DNA of 51,828 bases, taken from assembly GCA_002391545.1 (NCBI GenBank), contig DGFF01000011.1, forward strand, positions 1 through 51,828, given 5' to 3'. Below, piece by piece: positions 9,142-18,878 of the stretch (its first letter is position 1; every line of letters begins with the position of its first letter). The stretch comes from Candidatus Fermentithermobacillaceae bacterium UBA3907. Its GTDB lineage: Bacteria; Bacillota; Sulfobacillia; Fermentithermobacillales; Fermentithermobacillaceae. The notes beneath the pieces are model-generated. The model saw nothing but the letters and a program-made list of their open reading frames with translations, was not told where the DNA came from and did not search any database. The position numbers and the translations under genes are program-made.

Positions 9142-10542
9142 TTATACCGGCACCACAACTTCTACATTGGTTTCTGCTACGTTTACTGATCGTCCGTCAT
9201 CAAGCCTAACCTTTATAGTTTCCATAATTTCTCCAGATTCTACAGGCGTTTTTTGTGTGATGTGATCTTCTACAATGCCCCAGAGGCCGAAATAAGGTTC
9301 TCGAAGACATCGAACCAGGTCTCCTGGCGCAATGCGTTGGCGTCTTGTCAATAAACGGTGGGTACTTTCTTCCCCAGGGTCAACTGGATGAACATTCATA
9401 TGCACGCCATTGCGCGAGCTATAATCGATGAAAGCCCATGGCCGCTTTATTTGTAAATCAAACTTTGTTACGCCATCTACAGAGGTGAGGAGGCCATTAC
9501 CTTCGTTTAGAATCTCCCACACCATGCTACTCATAGGCATAAATCCAGCGCCTTCAGTCATCATCAAAGCAAAATCTAGGCCCTCAATTTCTGTATTTTG
9601 CAAATCAATTTCTTGTCCTAGAAACGAAATGATGTCTCTTTGATTAAAGCCGCCAGCGATAATTCCCCGAGCGCCTAAGTCGAATGCACGCTTTATTGCA
9701 CCGAAGGTAGCGCCTGCTCCAGCTGCCAAAATCTTGCCTGCGACGTCGTTTCCTACGCCAGCTTCATCCAAAACGTCGTAGGGGTTCTGCGCTAGCACGC
9801 ATAGGTTTCCAAAACACTCGGTGCCAACGCCACAGACCCCTTCAAAGGTGCTCCCCAATCCTTCAATTATCGCTCCAGTGTGCTCAATTGTTTGTATAAC
9901 TCTACCTGGTATCTGAGCCCGTACCTTTAAGGTTTTCATAGGGCGTACAATGCTGATTGTGCCCGCGTACGGGCATATTCTCGTCACAATGCCACTTATG
10001 GGGGCATATACGATGTCGAGTTTGCCCTTGGTAGGTGACCCAGCTATTATTTCTCCTTCTGTAACATAGTCACCCTCTTTTACTCTTGCGACCGCTCGTA
10101 ATGAGCGGGGATTTATATTCAGAATGGAACTGACGTTAACAATTGCCATAGGCTGCATGGACTTAGGGTCTTCTAGCATGACTATTTTCCCGCTAAGCTT
10201 AGATACGTATTGAACTATGCCGTCGCACGGTGAGAGTACTTCTATTGTTTCCCCTGCCATGCTATTGGGAAACGCCGCCAGTACCTCGCCTTTATGCACA
10301 TAGTCTCCAGGTTGCTTAAGCACCACTTTTTGTACCATATCAGGGGGAATAGGTTGCTGCAATTCTGCATTGAGATCTACGACTCGAGGGCTCTCCCTTA
10401 GGAAGTCAGTTTTTGCCACAACAGCAGATGGACCGACAATATCGCCTGGTCGGACCAAGACCTCCCCAGGTGATGGGAGGGTTCGTTCTTTTCTTACAAC
10501 AGAATTCTTCCTTATTACTATATTTGAAAATAATGCCATCAT
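9142..10542 (-). CDS. Hypothetical multi-domain protein: repeated lipoyl/biotinyl-type barrel-sandwich motifs, glycine-rich Rossmann-like segment, C-terminal KOW-like motif
   Basis: Barrel-sandwich-like strings: VRPGDIVGPSAVVAKT, GDYVHKGEVLAAF...LSPCDGIVQYV, VKEGDYVTEGEIIAG...APISGIVTRI. Central segment: ILAAGAGATFGAIKRAFDLGARGIIAGG. C-terminus: GDLVRCLREPYFGLWGIVEDH...IKVRLDDGRSVNVAETNVEVV. The start is ambiguous (TTG 10560, ATG 10542 or ATG 10539). GGGTGA lies at 10550-10545. Confidence 0.55.
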   Translation of the reverse strand: MMALFSNIVIRKNSVVRKERTLPSPGEVLVRPGDIVGPSAVVAKTDFLRESPRVVDLNAELQQPIPPDMVQKVVLKQPGDYVHKGEVLAAFPNSMAGETIEVLSPCDGIVQYVSKLSGKIVMLEDPKSMQPMAIVNVSSILNINPRSLRAVARVKEGDYVTEGEIIAGSPTKGKLDIVYAPISGIVTRICPYAGTISIVRPMKTLKVRAQIPGRVIQTIEHTGAIIEGLGSTFEGVCGVGTECFGNLCVLAQNPYDVLDEAGVGNDVAGKILAAGAGATFGAIKRAFDLGARGIIAGGFNQRDIISFLGQEIDLQNTEIEGLDFALMMTEGAGFMPMSSMVWEILNEGNGLLTSVDGVTKFDLQIKRPWAFIDYSSRNGVHMNVHPVDPGEESTHRLLTRRQRIAPGDLVRCLREPYFGLWGIVEDHITQKTPVESGEIMETIKVRLDDGRSVNVAETNVEVVVPV

Positions 10543-10566
10543 AATCACCCTTTGCAGCAAGCAAAT

Positions 10567-12372
10567 TCAACATGTTTGCGAAGCATCTACCAAGGACTTT
10601 TGAGGATATGCACCTATTGCCTCATACCAAGCCTTAAGAGTTGCAATTCGTTCCTCGTCCTTTTTAGGCAAGGTGATAGGCCTACCTCTACCGTCTAGAA
10701 CTAACCCTATCTCGCTCCTGGGTAGGGTAATGTGGGTGGTGTTACCTTTACCTGCGCCAACATCGAAATCTCTTCTTGGAGCCACTTCAATTACCACAGT
10801 TGAATTAGCGGGAACAGGCACTACCCCGATTTGTCCTGCTATTATGTTGTATTCTTTGCCATCAATTACCACTTTGGCAATTGTGGAGCCAGCTTTCAGC
10901 TTCGGTCCCACAGGTGATATGCACGTAGCCAAAAGATGCAGAGGTGGACTATGCGCGAAACTATTTGGATCTATGATTCCAGTAGAAACTAAGCCGGCGT
11001 ATGGCAACAGTTCGCCTGTATCTACGTACACATTTGTAATTCCTTGGAGCTCTAAACCATCGATGATCATAGATAATGCCTGTGTACTACGGGGCGACTT
11101 GGTGAAAGATCCACCAAACGCTATTACAGCACCTATTTTCATCATATCCACTAGAGTGCCCCCAGTACCATATTGTGTGAAAATGTCACCAATATCCCTT
11201 TGGATCTTTACTCCTTTAAGGCCGGTTGCTACTTCTTGATGGTCTTTGTAAGCTAGCCTAATGGTTTCCTTGGCGAAAGCATGCTCTATCATAAGTTCTT
11301 CTACTGTCTGCGGAAGAGTGCTAGGCCGCAAGGTTTTATTCAATATCCAGTTACGGACTAGCGTGTCGACTTTAGCCTTAGGCATAGGTACCCAGCGCTC
11401 AACTAGGTCTGGATCGATTTTCTTGAGAGTTGTGCCTACGCTGTAAGACATGCCAAGGTTCGCCGAGACGCTGCGAAAGAACTGACCGTTGATTATGGAA
11501 AAGATATCTGTAGTTGCTCCACCAAGATCTACTGCTAAGATATCATGCTGGTACATATGTGCCAGGTGAACTAGAGTGTCTCCAATACTCACAGGAGTTG
11601 GTCTGATCCTGCCCCCCACCCAGGAATCTAACGCTGCGAATCCGGGCACGCTGGACATGGTATGTCTGAGGAAAAGGTCTTGGATTATTTCGCGGGCGTG
11701 TTCTAAAGATTCCTTTTCAACGGTGGGTCTTATGTTATCGATGCAGACAAGCTCCATTGAATCGCCTATTATTTCTCTTAAATATGGTCGCGCTTCCTTA
11801 TTGCCAGCGTATACCAAAGGGATTTTGTGACTGTTTGTAGGCGCGAATTCCTGAGCAGCCAAGCACAGAAACTCGACCAGGTACAAGACATCTTGTACGT
11901 TACCTCCATCAGTACCGCCTGTAACAAATATCATGTCATAGGGAGTATTCTTTATTCGCTCAATATTGTCGAATGCGAGGTTGGCTTCGTTAAATGAAAC
12001 TACTCCTGTTACAATGGCTCCTGCTCCCAAAGCTGCTCGTTGTGCCGATTCTGCAGTGATTTGTTCGCTAAGCCCTGCCGCCAATACCTTGAGTCCTCCA
12101 CCGGCGCTTGACGTTGCCGCAAAATAGTCTACACCTGAATTACCATTTGAGGGTAAGATGAGGCCGTCTGGAGAAATAAGATTTAATCCTGTCCAACGTT
12201 GAAGTTTCTCTATGGCGTTTTGCAGTCCTACCATTACGTCGCGATTAGGTTCGTCTAATGTGGTAGGATGAGCAGAAGATTCAAGAACGCGGATGCTTTC
12301 TCTTTCTACCTCAAGAAGAGACACGTTGGTAAAAATACTACCTATATCTGCAAAAAGTATTCGTTCAGGCAT
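10567..12372 (-). CDS. GlmL/MutL-family (glutamate mutase accessory protein-like) ASKHA-fold protein with about 140-aa C-terminal extension
   Basis: Motifs as I remember them for GlmL: ILFADIGSIFTNV, TSSAGGGLKVLAAGLSEQITAESAQRAALGAGAIV, MIFVTGGTDGGN, PLVYAGNKEARP, DLGGATTDIFS. Preferred start is ATG 12372 (GGGAGG 6 nt upstream). The ORF track starts at 12396. Confidence 0.7.
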   Translation of the reverse strand: MPERILFADIGSIFTNVSLLEVERESIRVLESSAHPTTLDEPNRDVMVGLQNAIEKLQRWTGLNLISPDGLILPSNGNSGVDYFAATSSAGGGLKVLAAGLSEQITAESAQRAALGAGAIVTGVVSFNEANLAFDNIERIKNTPYDMIFVTGGTDGGNVQDVLYLVEFLCLAAQEFAPTNSHKIPLVYAGNKEARPYLREIIGDSMELVCIDNIRPTVEKESLEHAREIIQDLFLRHTMSSVPGFAALDSWVGGRIRPTPVSIGDTLVHLAHMYQHDILAVDLGGATTDIFSIINGQFFRSVSANLGMSYSVGTTLKKIDPDLVERWVPMPKAKVDTLVRNWILNKTLRPSTLPQTVEELMIEHAFAKETIRLAYKDHQEVATGLKGVKIQRDIGDIFTQYGTGGTLVDMMKIGAVIAFGGSFTKSPRSTQALSMIIDGLELQGITNVYVDTGELLPYAGLVSTGIIDPNSFAHSPPLHLLATCISPVGPKLKAGSTIAKVVIDGKEYNIIAGQIGVVPVPANSTVVIEVAPRRDFDVGAGKGNTTHITLPRSEIGLVLDGRGRPITLPKKDEERIATLKAWYEAIGAYPQKSLVDASQTC

Positions 12373-12530
12373 TGCGTGCCTCCCAAATTGCATCATTAAA
12401 TGTATAATTTCTCGGAAGGATCAAGTTATCAATACACCAGATCATCAATGGTCATTTTACATCTTAACACAAGTTCTTTCTGTATGCTAAAGGTTTTCGA
12501 TATCCCCCAAAACACAATGGTTTTACTTGA

Positions 12531-12559
12531 TTGACATTAACGCCTGCGTACCCTAGAAT
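12531..12559 (+). promoter_or_regulatory. Near-consensus sigma-A promoter upstream of speH
   Basis: TTGACA (12531-12536), 17-nt spacer, TAGAAT (12554-12559), about 60 nt before the ATG at 12623. Confidence 0.65.
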
Positions 12560-12622
12560 TGGATTGACTCAGTTTAAATCTGGTCCTCGTTATTTTTTTA
12601 TAGAAAGGGGGCTGAGAGCAAG

Positions 12623-12994
12623 ATGCAGGGGCTGGGCCGTCATGTTCTGGCTGAGGTTTACGGATGCGGTTTTGACATCCTAAATGACCTCGAAGGGATC
12701 CGAGAGATCTTGGTCAGTGCGGCTCTCTCCGCCGGAGCGGAAGTGATAGAAACGACCTTCCACCGGTTTTCACCCCAAGGGATCAGCGGCGTTGTAGTCA
12801 TATCCGAATCACATCTCGCGATTCATACGTGGCCTGAGTATGGCTACGCTGCAGTGGATGTGTTTACGTGCGGCGAAAGAGTGGATCCTTGGGTGGCAGT
12901 AGAGGCCATAGTCAAGCAGTTCGGAGCTACGTCGGTAACGGCAACAGAAATTAGGCGAGGAGTTTTTTCAAAATCTGTAGAGGTAGCAAGTTAA
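12623..12994 (+). CDS. speH: S-adenosylmethionine decarboxylase proenzyme (small pyruvoyl type)
   Basis: 123 aa. [11 protein letters not shown]..., self-processing site and core [26 protein letters not shown]. Confidence 0.92.
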   Translation: MQGLGRHVLAEVYGCGFDILNDLEGIREILVSAALSAGAEVIETTFHRFSPQGISGVVVISESHLAIHTWPEYGYAAVDVFTCGERVDPWVAVEAIVKQFGATSVTATEIRRGVFSKSVEVAS

Positions 12995-13061
12995 ACAAAA
13001 TAACAGGAAAGGTGAGGGACTATTGTAAGTTCAGACGATGACGACACACTAAAAGATTAGG

Positions 13062-13102
13062 CCCTGCATAAGAAAAACGGAAATGCAGGGTTTAATCTTT
13101 TT
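13062..13102 (+). terminator. Rho-independent terminator after speH
   Basis: CCCTGCAT (13062-13069) pairs with ATGCAGGG (13083-13090), followed by TTTAATCTTTTT. Confidence 0.7.
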
Positions 13103-13197
13103 AGACCTATCCTCCTGTAGTTTTGCAGATGTTTCTATATAATTGAACGTGGATCTTCAGGGTAGTTATCCAATATAGCAAAAGGAGAGAAGAACAG

Positions 13198-13650
13198 GTG
13201 GACGAGAGAACTCTTGTACTGGCTAAGCCTGATGCGGTGGCACGAGGATTAGTTGGAGAAGTAATTATGAGACTTGAGAAGAGAGGTTTGCGGCTTTGTG
13301 CTATGAAGATGATTTGGGTAGATGAAGCCCTTGCAAAGAAGCATTATTCAGCCCATGAGGGAAAGCCATTTTTTGACGGGTTGATAGAATACATTACCGC
13401 GCTTCCGTTAGTAGCAATGGTATGGGAAGGACCGTCTGCAATTAGGGTAGTTAGAGAGACAATGGGCGCTACGAACCCTCAAGATGCTCGACCAGGCACA
13501 ATTCGTGGCGATATGGGATTAGATATTTCCAATAATCTGGTACATGGATCAGATTCCAAAGAGTCTGCGGAGAAGGAGATCGCCTTGTTTTTTGAAGCGG
13601 ACGAGATATATAGTTGGGCAAGGCCCCACGAAAAATACATCTCTGGATAA
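13198..13650 (+). CDS. ndk: Nucleoside diphosphate kinase
   Basis: 150 aa, GTG start. ERTLVLAKPDAVARGLVGEVIMRLEKRGL, GTIRGD, active-site NLVHGSDS. Confidence 0.95.
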   Translation: MDERTLVLAKPDAVARGLVGEVIMRLEKRGLRLCAMKMIWVDEALAKKHYSAHEGKPFFDGLIEYITALPLVAMVWEGPSAIRVVRETMGATNPQDARPGTIRGDMGLDISNNLVHGSDSKESAEKEIALFFEADEIYSWARPHEKYISG

Positions 13651-13719
13651 TAGATTCGTCGTATAGTACTTTTCTGTAATGCAGGTGGTCGGGGGCCTAA
13701 GCGGTAAAGGAGGATTTTA

Positions 13720-14508
13720 ATGTTGTACGTAGGTACGGCTGGATTTAGCTATTCCGATTGGCGAGAAGTCTTCTATCCAGAGTCAGTCAAACCCCAGGAT
13801 TATTTGAGATTTTACTCGGAGCATTTTCCTTGCGTCGAGCTGAATTTTACATACTATAGGCAGCCTTCACCCGAAAACATGAGGAGCATGACTTTTAAAG
13901 TTCCTGATGATTTTAGGTTTACCGTAAAAGCCCATAAGACTATGACCCATGAAATCGGTTCGCAGAAAGAGTTAGAGCACGAGTTTGAAACCTTCAAACA
14001 GGGTGTTTGGCCCATGTATGAGTCAGGCAAACTAGGATGCATACTGTTTCAATTCCCTTGGTCTTTCAAACCCTCAAATTCCAATCTAGAATATGTTCTA
14101 TCCTTGAAAAAAAGAGTTCCTTACGCTCAAGCTGTGGTGGAGTTTCGGAACGCTCTTTGGGCAAATGATCAAATCTATCACTCGCTCGAGCGAGAAGGAA
14201 TTGGTTTTTGTTGTGTAGACGAGCCTGATTTGAAAGGTCTTTTCCCTAGGGTTTCTGTGGTAACTTCAGAGATTGGATATTTGCGGTTTCACGGAAGAAA
14301 CAAAGAGAAATGGTTCAACCACAAAGAGGCTTGGGAGAGATACGATTACCTTTACACTGACGACGAATTACAATCTTGGGTACCTGATATCGAAAAAATG
14401 GCCCAAACTAGTAAGGATATGTATGTAATTTTCAACAACTGCCACAGAGGTCAGGCCGGATTAAATGCTAAGCGTATGCAAGAGCTGCTTATGCTGCCCT
14501 TTGAATAA
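13720..14508 (+). CDS. DUF72 (YecE-like) family protein
   Basis: 262 aa. The N-terminus MLYVGTAGFSYSDWREVFYP and FPCVELNFTYY are typical of DUF72. AAAGGAGG SD. Confidence 0.85.
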   Translation: MLYVGTAGFSYSDWREVFYPESVKPQDYLRFYSEHFPCVELNFTYYRQPSPENMRSMTFKVPDDFRFTVKAHKTMTHEIGSQKELEHEFETFKQGVWPMYESGKLGCILFQFPWSFKPSNSNLEYVLSLKKRVPYAQAVVEFRNALWANDQIYHSLEREGIGFCCVDEPDLKGLFPRVSVVTSEIGYLRFHGRNKEKWFNHKEAWERYDYLYTDDELQSWVPDIEKMAQTSKDMYVIFNNCHRGQAGLNAKRMQELLMLPFE

Positions 14509-14518
14509 TATCTAGAAT

Positions 14519-15754
14519 TCACAATAATGTTGCTGCAATCCCAGCGTAAGCGAGCATGACGATACCTACTGCAAGCAAGATGGGCCAGTAAAGCTTATAT
14601 AGTTGCGAAAAGTCAATTTTGTAGTACTCGCATGTGAGCACCTGACACAAATGGAGGGGAGACGCAAAGTAGGCTAGGAAACCAGCCGCGTAAATAATAC
14701 AAGCGAGGTATAAGACTGCGCTACTGTGGGCTTCAGCAGGTATTAGAATAGGGACCAATACTCCCAGGGTGGTTGTGAGAGATGCGCTCACGTATCCGAA
14801 AAGAAGGGGCAGAACTACAGCCAATATAGGTGGCGATATTCCTAGAGAATTGGCGTGTTCTACCAAAGTTGGAAACACTGGGGACATTGTAACGAATTCT
14901 TTGAAAGCCATTATCCATAACATTGCAACTGCTTGGCTTAAATTTGCGCCCCTAAGAATGGTCGTCAAGGATGGAATGTCTACTTTTTCAAAGTGTGCCA
15001 TGACAATGCCTAGAACCAATCCTGTTAGCATTGCCGCCCATAGAGGCAAATCCAAAAACAGGCTCAAGCCGAGAGCCACAAGTAAAGGTGATCCGTATTT
15101 GAGGAAAACCAAAAAACTTTCTCCGCGTAAAGTTCCCGGTTGTTCTGATGATATTTGGTTCCCAAGACTGCTTTCTTTTCGAAGAAGAAACATGTACCCT
15201 GTTAGCCATAGGACTATGCCAAAAGGCCATAATCTGGACAGCAACGTGTTAACCTGTACGCCTATCATATTTGCCAATAGAATTAAGTTAGGTGAGAAAG
15301 GGAAGATGAAGAACATACCGTGACGGAACACAAGATTTACTGCCGCCTTTTTATCAGGTGTAAGGTGTAATTCTTCTCCCAATTTATCTACTAAAGGTGC
15401 GGATACTGCAGCCCCTCCCAGCACAGGCATGGATCCAATTAACGCAGGGACTACCATGATTGACGCTTTTAAGTTTCCAAGAAACCCATGCAGCCCTTGT
15501 ACCATCTTATCCAGGTATCCAGTTTCATTCATGATCGTCGAGAACAGACCGATAGCGATCACAGATAATACCAAGTTTATAGTGGAAGGGCTGATGAATG
15601 CGTTCCAGATAGTTGTTACAGACTGGGTAAACGATAGACCCGAACTAAGAGCCATCACCAAAGTAGATAAGAACATGACCTTGCTCAAAGCCACTTTCTT
15701 TATGGAAAGAACGATTATCAGTGCGATAGCTGCGACCACGCCTACAACGGGCAA
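14519..15754 (-). CDS. Polytopic membrane protein, DUF401-like putative transporter
   Basis: 411 aa, hydrophobic throughout. VPALIGSMPVLGGAAVSAPLVDKLG...VNLVFRHGMFFIFPFSPN resembles the DUF401 signature as I remember it. TTG start with GGAGTGG 6 nt upstream. Confidence 0.6.
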   Translation of the reverse strand: MPVVGVVAAIALIIVLSIKKVALSKVMFLSTLVMALSSGLSFTQSVTTIWNAFISPSTINLVLSVIAIGLFSTIMNETGYLDKMVQGLHGFLGNLKASIMVVPALIGSMPVLGGAAVSAPLVDKLGEELHLTPDKKAAVNLVFRHGMFFIFPFSPNLILLANMIGVQVNTLLSRLWPFGIVLWLTGYMFLLRKESSLGNQISSEQPGTLRGESFLVFLKYGSPLLVALGLSLFLDLPLWAAMLTGLVLGIVMAHFEKVDIPSLTTILRGANLSQAVAMLWIMAFKEFVTMSPVFPTLVEHANSLGISPPILAVVLPLLFGYVSASLTTTLGVLVPILIPAEAHSSAVLYLACIIYAAGFLAYFASPLHLCQVLTCEYYKIDFSQLYKLYWPILLAVGIVMLAYAGIAATLL

Positions 15755-15957
15755 AAAGCACCACTCCGATCATGTTTGATTGTTCCAAGAGCAAAGTACT
15801 ACGAATCTATACTACCGCAAACGTATCACACATGAAACTGGAAATGTTTGGATAACCCGTTCCCTCAATTCCGGCTCTTTTCTGCAGCGAAATGTTATAG
15901 TATTTAAGTGCAGACCTAACGTTTGGATAAATTGGAAGCGCAGGAGGGGTCACGAAT

Positions 15958-18456
15958 TTGACGTTATATACTAGGATTCCCGTCCCCGATTACGTAGCAT
16001 TTGACATTGAGACTACAGGCCTTGTTCCTGAGGAGGACCATATTATAGAAGTTGGTCTGGTTAGGTTCAAAAACGGAGAGCCGGTGGAAAGATGGACATC
16101 TCTCGTCAAGCCCGAAGGCAAAGTTGGTCTTAAGACCTTACGTTTGACGGGCATACCTCTGGAGGAATTAGAAGCAAGTGTAGGGATTTTTGATATATGC
16201 AGGGAAATAGAAGAGTTTCGAGGGGATTTACCCTTGGTGGGGCATAATCCCGAGTTTGATGTGGCTTTTTTGGCTAAAGTCATACCTAATTTCCCAGGAG
16301 TTGCAGTTTACGACACTCTAGAACTTGCTCGAATTGTATATCCTGGATTTGCAACCTATAGGCTGTCTGACTTGACTCAAAATTTAAATATTGTTCTAGA
16401 TGACGCCCATAGAGCGTGTGATGACGCTGAGGCCTCTGGCATTCTTTTTCGTCATATCCAGGAAAGAATTGTGTCTATGCCTGCTCATCTGCGAGATAAG
16501 ATTGTAGGTATTATGGGAGACAGTTGGGCTGCTGGCCATTTGTTCAAGCATGATTCCAATGCCGAATGCTATCAGCCGTCTTTATTCCCCAGTGAATACG
16601 TAACCCCATTTGAACTAGGTGGGTCAGGCGAAGTGCCAGATATGGATTTGCTTTCGTCTGAGGCAGAGGGTAATTGGTTCCAAGAGATACTAGGTCAGAA
16701 CTCAAAACTTATATATTTAGATACCCACATTGATTGTGACATTATAGAAGAAGTAGTGAAAGGCTGTGTGGAGGTTTCTGAGAATGGACCCAGGATTATC
16801 GTAGCTGGAGAATTTCGTAATTGTCCCGATATAGAACAGGGAGAGTGCCATTTATATCATCCAAGGGAATATTTGTGCGTACTTAGATCTACAAAAAGTT
16901 ACGAGCTAGCAAGACACGGGTTTTTAGCTGACTTAGATATCGATCTTAGGCGGTTTCTATCATCTGTTGCGGTGTGGGAAACGTTAACCGAAGATGGATA
17001 CTTTGGCGAGATTCAGGTTGTGGGTAGGTCCCGTGAATTACAAAGGGAGCTCAGTTGTACTGAAATTCCAGACTGTTTAGATTACTGTCCTTTAAAAGAG
17101 GATTGCTACTATCTTAGAGCAGTTAGAACTAGCGAATCTTGCAGCACGATCCTGACCCCATTGAATGTGTGTTTCGATCCACCTGTGCATGCAGATATCG
17201 CCGTTATTTTTGGAATCGATGATGTTTTGAACGCATGGGAGGCTAGGCAGCCCAGACTGGATTTGGGTAAGTTGGCCAACGCGCTTAATGAAGCAGGATA
17301 CTCAGACTGTGCGCAGCAGGCTGAAAACATCTCAAAGGAATGCTTGAATGTTTCTGGTGGTAGAGCAGACAGCATAATGCCACAAGAGTTCTTAGACTCC
17401 CTAAACTGTTTGCAGCAGGATCTTGGCAAAATCGTAGACGAATTGCGCAGTTCTCTTAGAGTTGAAACTGAATCTTTTATCGAAGTTCCAATGGACCCGC
17501 CCATTATGTCAAGCGTGCTCCATTCCCTTGAACATTGGCGTGACGAAATTATAAAAATTTCGTCAGACGATGTGCCTGGTCTAACGATTATATCTAAGGG
17601 ATATAGTTTTGGGAACCAGGTTACCGCCGTGCTTTCCAAAAAAACGGTTTGGCCTGCGTCTTACCTCAAGGATCGTCTTTTTGAAGTGTATAGGAATGTG
17701 GTATTTGTTTCCCCTCAAATATCTTTTATCAATAGGTACCAAGGGCTCAGAAAGTTATATGGGATAGACGAAGACAGTTTGATACTTAAAATACCTGATA
17801 GGAGTCGGGTGGCTTCTTGTAACAACAGTCAAGTGCTTTTGGTTTGTGTGGACAGCGGCAGGTTTCTTTCCGGGCGCGATCACGTGGAATTTGTTGGCGG
17901 CTTTTTGGAGAAGCTAATGACCAATATTCCTGAAAATGTTCTGTGTCTTTGCCCTTCCTATAGTTTTGCAAGGGATCTTAACGACGCAGTAGCGCCGAAA
18001 CTTGAAGATAGTTCCATAGCCGTTTTTGCGCAGGGCATAGATGGTGGGCCTCGAATACTTGAACATTTGATGGAGCCGGACACGCTTGTTCTATTGAGGT
18101 TTGGTGTTTCAATTGCAGACCCGGACAAGATCGGCCCGAGGATTCTGGCGATTCCACGGATTCCCTTTTCCCCGCCAAGTATAGTTTATGATCTCAGAAG
18201 GGAGGATCTTAATAGAATGGGTGTTGATGGTTTTTTGGAAGCCAGCGTACTCCCTGTAGCGTTATCCTTGAGGTCATATATAGAAACTATAGTGCGCTCA
18301 ACGGGCAGGTTAGCGGTTATATTCCTAGACCCCAAGGTTTTGCCTGGGCAAAGAGGATGGGGGAAAGACTTTATGGGAACTTTCGACGACATGAGCAAAG
18401 TAGTATGTCTTCCAGACGAGGCTGTAGCAAGGGTCGCTCAATGGCTCAAGGCGTAA
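15958..18456 (+). CDS. DEDDh 3'-5' exonuclease domain fused to a DinG/XPD-like helicase-derived region lacking ATPase motifs
   Basis: Exo I AFDIETTGL, Exo II GHNPEFDVAFL and Exo III HRACDDAEA are intact. The remaining 650 aa have no GxGKS/T Walker A or DEAH box. They keep a Cys cluster (CTEIPDCLDYCPLKEDCYYLRA) and a DinG-like C-terminal block (IPRIPFSPP...ETIVRSTGRLAVIFLDPKV). TTG start, GGAGGGG SD. Confidence 0.7.
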   Translation: MTLYTRIPVPDYVAFDIETTGLVPEEDHIIEVGLVRFKNGEPVERWTSLVKPEGKVGLKTLRLTGIPLEELEASVGIFDICREIEEFRGDLPLVGHNPEFDVAFLAKVIPNFPGVAVYDTLELARIVYPGFATYRLSDLTQNLNIVLDDAHRACDDAEASGILFRHIQERIVSMPAHLRDKIVGIMGDSWAAGHLFKHDSNAECYQPSLFPSEYVTPFELGGSGEVPDMDLLSSEAEGNWFQEILGQNSKLIYLDTHIDCDIIEEVVKGCVEVSENGPRIIVAGEFRNCPDIEQGECHLYHPREYLCVLRSTKSYELARHGFLADLDIDLRRFLSSVAVWETLTEDGYFGEIQVVGRSRELQRELSCTEIPDCLDYCPLKEDCYYLRAVRTSESCSTILTPLNVCFDPPVHADIAVIFGIDDVLNAWEARQPRLDLGKLANALNEAGYSDCAQQAENISKECLNVSGGRADSIMPQEFLDSLNCLQQDLGKIVDELRSSLRVETESFIEVPMDPPIMSSVLHSLEHWRDEIIKISSDDVPGLTIISKGYSFGNQVTAVLSKKTVWPASYLKDRLFEVYRNVVFVSPQISFINRYQGLRKLYGIDEDSLILKIPDRSRVASCNNSQVLLVCVDSGRFLSGRDHVEFVGGFLEKLMTNIPENVLCLCPSYSFARDLNDAVAPKLEDSSIAVFAQGIDGGPRILEHLMEPDTLVLLRFGVSIADPDKIGPRILAIPRIPFSPPSIVYDLRREDLNRMGVDGFLEASVLPVALSLRSYIETIVRSTGRLAVIFLDPKVLPGQRGWGKDFMGTFDDMSKVVCLPDEAVARVAQWLKA

Positions 18457-18556
18457 TGAGTCCTCACGTCCAGTGAGAGCCTATAGGAATAGAACATCAG
18501 AGATCATTGTGGGATATAATATATTCGGAAAGAATAGTCTGTTATGAGAGAGGTTA

Positions 18557-18853
18557 ATGCAAGTGTCCAAATTTCTGAGAGCCGGGATCTTAAGAGATAG
18601 GCTAAGCGATATCGTTGAAGCGTCGCGAATGCTGCAAGAGGCTCTAGACTCTGGCGAAGAAGGACCGCGTAGATGCAAGGAATTGGCAATGGATATAGAG
18701 TCTATGGCAAATGAGATCATTGATTTTATGTCTTATTGGAACTGTGAACCTCTTATTTACTTGGGTGAAGGTACAACCGATGAAGTAATAGGTTTTTTGG
18801 ATAAGCTTATCTATGAGGCTGAGGCTGGGAAAGGTAAAGATTCAGAATCTTAG
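18557..18853 (+). CDS. Hypothetical protein (98 aa)
   Basis: Open frame in an otherwise gene-free gap on the same strand as its neighbours. No recognisable motif. The start is uncertain (ATG 18557 or GTG 18563). Confidence 0.45.
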   Translation: MQVSKFLRAGILRDRLSDIVEASRMLQEALDSGEEGPRRCKELAMDIESMANEIIDFMSYWNCEPLIYLGEGTTDEVIGFLDKLIYEAEAGKGKDSES

Positions 18854-18878
18854 TTCGGTGTTGCGTGGAGGCGAGAGT

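Noticed and set aside
10673-11239. 188-aa + strand ORF antisense to the GlmL-like gene. Similar shadow ORFs occur at 14769-15323, 17109-17639, 19938-20489, 28050-28550 and 48667-49131.
   Set aside because: Each is embedded in a confidently assigned gene on the other strand and shows no SD or motif. I treat them as shadow ORFs.
12560-12622. Possible SAM or polyamine-responsive leader upstream of speH
   Set aside because: The leader is only about 60 nt and has no convincing stem-loops. A T-run (TTATTTTTTTA) is not preceded by a hairpin.
15780-15974. 64-aa ORF in the divergent region upstream of the DinG-like gene
   Set aside because: It has no SD, overlaps the DinG-like start and has a basic low-complexity sequence. 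The region is better explained as promoter and leader. A TGTTATAGT extended -10 is visible at 15893-15901 but lacks a good -35, so I did not list it as a feature.
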